Assembly: GCA_030141605.1 (NCBI GenBank)
Contig: JAQGDQ010000389.1
Span: 156,810-220,809 of the forward strand
DNA from: Tubiluchus corallicola
Taxonomy: Eukaryota; Animalia; Priapulida
DNA: 64,000 nt
Reading direction: 5' to 3'
The notes under the pieces were generated by a model. That model saw only the letters and a list, made by a program, of their open reading frames with translations. It searched no databases and was not told where the DNA came from. This document shows positions 56,733-64,000 of this stretch, one piece after another; within the stretch, counting starts at the first letter, position 1, and every line of letters begins with the position of its first letter. A program made the position numbers and the translations under genes.

Positions 56733-58298
56733 TTACTTTAAAGTTTCCTGGCCTGAACGTCCAGCTTATGTGGAATACACAACAATGTTTATCACTTCGT
56801 CAATATAATACATCTACTTTAAAGTTTCCTGGCCTGAACGTCCAGCTTATGTGTAATACACAACAATGTTTATCACTTCGTCAATATAATACATCTACTT
56901 TAAAGTTTCCTGGCCTGAACGTCCAGCTTATGTGTAATACACAACAATGTTTATCACTTCGTCAATATAATACATCTACTTTAAAGTTTCCTGGCCTGAA
57001 CGTCCAGCTTATGTGTAATACACAACAATGTTTATCACTTCGTCAATATAATACATCTACTTTAAAGTTTCCTGGCCTGAACGTCCAGCTTGTAATACAC
57101 AACAATGTTTATCACTTCGTCAATATAATACATCTACTTTAAAGTTTCCTGGCCTGAACGTCCAGCTTATATGGCATACCCAACAATGTTTATCACTTGG
57201 TCAATATAATACATCTACTTTAAAGTTTCCTGGCCTGAACGTCCAGCATGTGTAATACACAACAATGTTTATCACTTCGTCAATATAATACATCTACTTT
57301 AAAGTTTCCTGGCCTGAACGTCCAGCTTATGTGTAATACACAACAATGTTTATCACTTCGTCAATATAATACATCTACTTTAAAGTTTCCTGGCCTGAAC
57401 GTCCAGCTTATGTGTAATACACAACAATGTTTATCACTTCGTCAATATAATACATCTACTTTAAAATTTCCTGGCCTGAACGTCCAGCTTATGTGTAATA
57501 CACAACAATGTTTATCACTTCGTCAATATAATACATCTACTTTAAAATTTCCTGGCCTGAACGTCCAGCTTATGTGTAATACACAACAATGTTTATCACT
57601 TCGTCAATATAATACATCTACTTTAAAGTTTCCTGGCCTGAACGTCCAGCTTATGTGTAATACACAACAATGTTTATCACTTCGTCAATATAATACATCT
57701 ACTTTAAAGTTTCCTGGCCTGAACGTCCAGCTTATGTGTAATACACAACAATGTTTATCACTTCGTCAATATAATACATCTACTTTAAAATTTCCTGGCC
57801 TGAACGTCCAGCTTATGTGTAATACACAACAATGTTTATCACTTCGTCAATATAATACATCTACTTTAAAATTTCGTAGCCTGAACGTCCAGCTTATGTG
57901 TAATAAACAACAATGTTTATCACTTCGTCAATATAATACATCTACTTTAAAGTTTCCTGGCCTGAACGTCCAGCTTATGTGCAATACACAACAATGTTTA
58001 TCACTTCGTCAATATAATACATCTACTTTAAAGTTTCCTAGCCTGAACGTCCAGCTTATGTGTAATACACAACAATGTTTATCACTTCGTCAATATAATA
58101 CATCTACTTTAAAGTTTCCTGGCCTGAACGTCCAGCTTATGTGCAATACACAACAATGTTTATCACTTCGTCAATATAATACATCTACTTTAAAGTTTCC
58201 TGGCCTGAACGTCCAGCTTATGTGTAATACACAACAATGTTTATCACTTCGTCAATATAATACATCTACTTTAAAGTTTCCTGACCTGAACGTCCAGT
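56729..58298. repeat. 81-bp array, about 19 copies
   Basis: CATCTACTTTAAAGTTTCCTGGCCTGAACGTCCAGCTTATGTGTAATACACAACAATGTTTATCACTTCGTCAATATAATA; it starts directly at the microsatellite. Confidence 0.95.
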
Positions 58299-59672
58299 TT
58301 AATTTGCAGAACTCGCTTTTCGGCTCCCTAAAATCTACGGATGGTAGTATAAACAGTGGAATAAAACACAGCAGACAGCAGTCAATTGCACAAAGAGTAA
58401 AGAGGACCTGTTAAACTATGTTAAAAGCATTAGATTATGATAGATAATTATGTTGATGATTGCTGGCATGAAGCCAGTTAAGGAGTGGTGTCACGTGAGC
58501 AAGTGATTCAAAATCGAGGCGTCGAAGCTCGGCGCACGATATATAAGCCTTGTGATGCGCCCAGCTCAGGAGATCGAGTCTGGGAGCTGAAGGAGAGCAA
58601 GCTAGATCAGGGGGCTTGGCATTACTATCTGTTATATTTATTGTGTTTGAAGTTTAACAAACTTGTAGTTTTATAATCTGACTCTTCATAGTTTTGCCAT
58701 CCCTAAAACATCAATAATCAGCTATACACAACCAATACAACGATTTATTTTTACTCAAAGTTTATTGTATAACAATGTATGTTAGTAACAAAAATCATCA
58801 GACTATGCGACTAACAACCATAGTTACGTACAATATATAGTAATAATTTGATTTAATTAGTAAATAATTAGTAATCAGTTTTAATGATAATATTATGAAA
58901 TAATGTGCAGTTGATTTCTGGTGTGTTTAATTTGTCTGATTCTCAAGTGATAGAAATTGACCTCGTTACAGCAACGTGGAGAACAGACAGATCAGCCATA
59001 CTACCCATAGAGTACTAATCTACTTGCCTATACTTACCTAGCTTTCTACATGCCTACCTACCAACTTGCTTGCCTGTCTCCCAACGTATGCACCTAGCTA
59101 CTAACCTACGTACATCTACCTACCTACCAACCAACTAACCTATTTACTTACTTACCCACCTACAAGCCTACCTACCTACCCGCCCTCCAAAGTACAACCA
59201 CCTACTTGGCCATGCGTCCACCATCTATGAAACACTAAAAACAGTCTAATTGACAGTCTCACTGACACCGTTTCACACTTGTGTCTGATCACACAGACGC
59301 TTATAGTAAATTTTCTAATAAATATGCAAAATAAAGTAAATCAGGCACAATAGTAAAGTACTAAAAGTAAACAGACTAAGTAAAATAGTTTATGGTACAA
59401 GTGTGTCATTACATATATATGAGTAATTACCTTGTGCACATAAATATACCACGAGAATCAGTTACATAATGTGCAAAAATTGATCATCATTACGTTTAGT
59501 TTGACTTGGTGTTCACAGATTTGACTCAGCATCCAAAGCAGAAGTCAACCTCGGACTAGACAACGACAACAACTTGACGCACAGACAGATTAGCCATACT
59601 ACTCTTAAGATTACTGAATAATAACGTACATTTGTTGTTCATTGTAGATGTTGCTCTTGGAGAATAACACTT

Positions 59673-60677
59673 ATGCTTATACCAATTGTTGTTCTGTGTG
59701 TGCTTGCGGGAACATACAAAGTGGGCCACGTAACTTCTACTAAACAATACGAAGAGGATTCTTTCAATAACCTTCCCATTTCAAACATTCGTTACCCTAA
59801 CAGAGATGACATCCCTTGCGGAGATCCGTGTGACATAAACACTGGACACTTTCCACAAACAGCAGGACCAGATTACCCAAAACTACGCAAGAATTTCAAC
59901 TGCCAAGCGATCATGCGACGATTGCTCTTAGAGACGCCCTCCAATGAGTGGCCACCTCCTCGAGAGCCGCCTCCAGAACTCCTCGAGGAGTTCACAATGT
60001 ATGGTAAGATGCCGCTGCGTAAGTCGTACTACGCTGAAGTGCCACCCCAAGACAAGAAGAGCGTCTTCAACACATCCTACGTCTCGAATTTACAAAAACG
60101 AGCGTTGGAGGGCAAGAACATTTCACCGTACAGTGCAACTAAAGTTGTTATGAATGCCTTTAGTTTATACAGGGAAGCCATTGCAGGAAAATCTGGACTT
60201 GTGATAGGAACAATCCATCCCTGGATAGAAGCCATTTTACTAAACTTCAATGTTTCACACATAACAACAATAGATTACAACGATCCGTTATCCACGCATC
60301 CAAACATCACTACAATCTCGCCACAGAAGTTAGCTCAGAGCTACCTGGACAATCCGTCACCAATGTTCGACTTTGCCGTGAGCTATTCATCCATAGAGCA
60401 TAGTGGACTTGGAAGATATGGAGACGCTTTGAATCCAAGTGGAGATCTGGAGGCGACGGCACAGACTTGGTGCCTGGTGAAAAACGGAGGGTTGTTCTTC
60501 TTACAAGTCGATTCGCACAAGAAACAAAACTTCGTTGCCTGGAACGCTGGTCGTTGCTATGGAAACGAGAGACTGATGCATCTTACGGCAAACTGGAATG
60601 TGCGAGACGTGTTGGAGGGAGTGCGGCAGAAAGGAAGGGAAGAAATTCTAAGAATTTTACAAAAACCGTCCAGCTAA
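59673..60677 (+). CDS. DUF268-family SAM-dependent methyltransferase-like protein with N-terminal hydrophobic anchor or signal
   Basis: 334-aa non-repetitive ORF containing GKSGLVIGTIHPWIEAILL, TIDY and FDFAVSYSSIEHSGLGRYGDALNPSGDLEA..WCLVKNGGLFFL, which is the DUF268 signature. An acceptor at 59647 with an open frame upstream of the ATG means the true start could lie in an earlier exon. Confidence 0.82.
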   Translation: MLIPIVVLCVLAGTYKVGHVTSTKQYEEDSFNNLPISNIRYPNRDDIPCGDPCDINTGHFPQTAGPDYPKLRKNFNCQAIMRRLLLETPSNEWPPPREPPPELLEEFTMYGKMPLRKSYYAEVPPQDKKSVFNTSYVSNLQKRALEGKNISPYSATKVVMNAFSLYREAIAGKSGLVIGTIHPWIEAILLNFNVSHITTIDYNDPLSTHPNITTISPQKLAQSYLDNPSPMFDFAVSYSSIEHSGLGRYGDALNPSGDLEATAQTWCLVKNGGLFFLQVDSHKKQNFVAWNAGRCYGNERLMHLTANWNVRDVLEGVRQKGREEILRILQKPSS

Positions 60678-61006
60678 TTAAAAGCACTAATTTTTATCCA
60701 TCTGTTAAGGTTCATTATGTAACAAACAATACCAAACATGTCTGTCATTATGTAACAATTGTTGCATCATTATTTAACATGTAATTGTGTGCATCATTAT
60801 TTAAGATGTCTAATAAAAAGTTCTTATGTTTGTTCGTCTGCTACAGTTCAATACGTATCAATCATTATGCGACAACTGTCGCATCACTATTTAATAATCA
60901 TTATGTAACAAAAATAATGCGTTATGTGACAAACTATTGCAAGGTTGGTCGTGATCTGCGGATAAACTTGTTGATGTTTGGATTTGCTCTGACTACTGCA
61001 GTGGGT

Positions 61007-63645
61007 CAGCTTCTATCTGTTCTAGATCTAGGTCAGTAGGGTAGCTAATAGGGGAAGAAGGGGAGCGACCTCTCACCCAAGCAGCTTCTATCTGTTCTAG
61101 ATCTAGGTCAGTAGGGTAGCTAATAGGGGAGGAAGAGGAGCGACCTCTCACCCAAGCAGCTTCTATCTGTTCTACATCTAGGTCAGTAGGGTAACTAATA
61201 GGGGAAGAAGGGGAGCGACCTCCCACCCAAGCAGCTTCTATCTGTTTTACATCTAGGTCAGTAGGGTAACTAATAGGGGAGGAAGAGGAGCAACCTCTCA
61301 CCCAAGCAGCTTCTATCTGTTCTAGACCTAGGTCAGTAGGGTAGCTAATAGGGGAGGAAGGGGAGCGACCTCCCACCCAAGCAGCTTCTATCTGTTCTAC
61401 ATCTAGGTCAGTAGGGTAACTAATAGGGGAGGAAGAGGAGCGACCTCTCACCCAAGCAGCTTCTATCTGTTCTAGATCTAGGTCAGTAGGGTAGCTAATA
61501 GGGGAGGAAGAGGAGCGACCTCTCACCCAAGCAGCTTCTATCTGTTCTAGATCTAGGTCAGTAGGGTAGCTAATACGGGAGGAAGGGGAGCGACCTCTCA
61601 CCCAAGCAGCTTCTATCTGTTCTAGATCTAGGTCAGTAGGGTAGCTAATAGGGGAGGAAGGGGAGCGACCTCTCACCCAAGCAGCTTCTATCTGTTCTAG
61701 ATCTAGGTCAGTAGGGTAGCTAATAGGGGAGGAAGGGGAGCGACCTCTCACCCGAGCAGCTTCTATCTGTTCTAGATCTAGGTCAGTAGGGTAGCTAATA
61801 GGGGAGGAAGAGGAGCGACCTCTCACCCAAGCAGCTTCTATCTGTTCTACATCTAGGTCAGTAGGGTAGCTAATAGGGGAGGAAGAGGAGCGACCTCTCA
61901 CCCAAGCAGCTTCTATCTGTTCTAGATCTAGGTCAGTAGGGTAGCTAATAGGGGAGGAAGGGGAGCGACCTCTCACCCAAGCAGCTTCTATCTGTTCTAC
62001 ATCTAGGTCAGTAGGGTAGCTAATAGGGGAGGAAGAGGAGCGACCTCTCACCCAAGCAGCTTCTATCTGTTCTAGATCTAGGTCAGTAGGGTAACTAATA
62101 GGGGAGGAAGGGGAGCGACCTCTCACCCAAGCAGCTTCTATCTGTTCTAGATCTAGGTCAGTAGGGTAGCTAATAGGGGAGGAAGAGGAGCGACCTCTCA
62201 CCCAAGCAGCTTCTATCTGTTCTACATCTAGGTCAGTAGGGTAGCTAATAGGGGAGGGAGGGGAGCGACCGCTCACCCAAGCAGCTTCTATCTGTTCTAC
62301 ATCTAGGTCAGTAGGGTGGCTAATAGGGGAGGAAGAGGAGCGACCTCTCACCCAAGCAGCTTCTATCTGTTCTACATCTAGGTCAGTAGGGTAGCTAATA
62401 GGGGAGGAAGAGGAGCGACCTCTCACCCAAGCAGCTTCTATCTGTTCTAGATCTAGGTCAGTAGGGTAGCTAATAGGGGAGGAAGAGGAGCGACCTCTCA
62501 CCCAAGCAGCTTCTATCTGTTCTAGATCTAGGTCAGTAGGGTAACTAATAGGGGAGGGAGGGGAGCGACCGCTCACCCAAGCAGCTTCTATCTGTTCTAC
62601 ATCTAGGTCAGTAGGGTGGCTAATAGGGGAGGAAGAGGAGCGACCTCTCACCCAAGCAGCTTCTATCTGTTCTACATCTAGGTCAGTAGGGTAGCTAATA
62701 GGGGAGGAAGAGGAGCGACCTCTCACCCAAGCAGCTTCTATCTGTTCTACATCTAGGTCAGTAGGGTAGCTAATAGGGGAGGAAGAGGAGCGACCTCTCA
62801 CCCAAGCAGCTTCTATCTGTTCTACATCTAGGTCAGTAGGGTAGCTAATAGGGGAGGAAGAGGAGCGACCTCTCACCCAAGCAGCTTCTATCTGTTCTAC
62901 ATCTAGGTCAGTAGGGTAGCTAATAGGGGAGGAAGAGGAGCGACCTCTCACCCAAGCAGCTTCTATCTGTTCTACATCTAGGTCAGTAGGGTAGCTAATA
63001 GGGGAGGAAGAGGAGCGACCTCTCACCCAAGCAGCTTCTATCTGTTCTACATCTAGGTCAATAGGGTAGCTAATAGGGGAGGAAGGGGAGCGACCTCTCA
63101 CCCAAGCAGCTTCTATCTGTTCTACATCTAGGTCAGTAGGGTAGCTAATAGGGGAGGAAGAGGAGCGACCTCTCACCCAAGCAGCTTCTATCTGTTCTAC
63201 ATCTAGGTCAGTAGGGTAGCTAATAGGAGAGGAATTGGAGCGACCTCTCACCCAAGCAGCTTCTATCTGTTCTAGATCTAGGTCAGTAGGCTAGCTAATA
63301 GGAGAGGAAGAGGACCGACCTCTCACCCAAGCAGCTTCTATCTGTTCTACATCTAGGTCAGTAGGGTAGCTAATAAGGGAGGAAGAGGAGCGACCTCTCA
63401 CCCAAGCAGCTTCTATCTGTTCTACATCTAGGTCAGTAGGGTAACTAATAGGGGAGGAAGAGGAGCGCCCTCTCACCCAAGCAGCTTCTATCTGTTCTAC
63501 ATCTAGGTCAGTAGGGTAGCTAATAAGAGAGGAAGAGGAGCGACCTCTCACCCAAGCAGCTTCTATCTGTTCTACATCTAGGTCAGTAGGCTAGCTAATA
63601 GGGGAGGAAGAGGAGCAACCTCTCACCCGAGCAGCTTCTATCTGT
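61007..63645. repeat. 75-bp array, about 35 copies
   Basis: CAGCTTCTATCTGTTCTA(G/C)ATCTAGGTCAGTAGGGTAGCTAATAGGGGAGGAAG(A/G)GGAGCGACCTCTCACCCAAG. Confidence 0.95.
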
Positions 63646-63648
63646 ATT

Positions 63649-63791
63649 TATCAATATTTACATACTTTGTGCAACAGCCCATGATTACTCATTCTGTAGT
63701 TATCAATATTTACATACTTTGTGCAACAGTGCATGATTACTCATTCTGTAGTTATCAATATTTACATACTTTGTGCAACAGCCCATGATTA
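63649..63791. repeat. 52-bp tandem repeat, about 2.7 copies
   Basis: TATCAATATTTACATACTTTGTGCAACAGCCCATGATTACTCATTCTGTAGT. Confidence 0.85.
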
Positions 63792-64000
63792 TTTCTTTTG
63801 AAGCTGTCAGTGTTCATCTACTTATTATAACAGTCAATGATTACTCCATCTGTAGTAATCGATGCAAATATACTCTGTATAATGGCCAAAGATTACTTTA
63901 TTTATAGTCATCAACGTTTATATGCTTTTCACACCAGTCAACTATCTTCCTGTTTTCCAGATATTGTCCAATCGGTGACGTAGTCCCGGGAGGGAGGAGG

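Noticed and set aside
56768-58414. 388-aa and 124-aa ORFs of 27-aa repeats
   Set aside because: They come from an 81-bp satellite with frameshifting indels between units and no splice or domain context.
60993-63551. 752-aa and 86-aa minus-strand ORFs of 25-aa repeats
   Set aside because: They are translations of a 75-bp satellite with no unique domain and a non-ATG start. Some units contain TAG, and substitutions are not biased to synonymous sites.

Overview
AT-rich, intron-rich animal (invertebrate-like) genomic DNA; the organism cannot be identified from this window alone. Hand-spliced gene models, with GT-AG sites and reading phases checked at every junction: the 3' four coding exons of ARL5 (+); a complete 8-exon FAM185A-like gene (+, 395 aa); a complete SLC36-like amino-acid transporter with 10 coding exons (-, 448 aa); two divergent two-exon metallothioneins (65 aa on -, 68 aa on +, 22 Cys each); and a DUF268 methyltransferase-like ORF in one long exon (+). 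Introns hold about 20 locus-specific tandem arrays and many MITE, SINE and LINE remnants. Main observation: four arrays are amplifications of real exon-intron junctions (about 11, 31, 68 and 17 copies of a donor or acceptor) and a fifth amplifies the last codons plus the stop codon. In two arrays each unit is itself a GT...AG mini-intron chained through AG|GT, the configuration expected for recursive splicing or intron gain by tandem duplication. Nearly all long ORFs in the supplied track are repeat artefacts. All coordinates and copy numbers were counted by eye, and family assignments rest on remembered motifs rather than searches.
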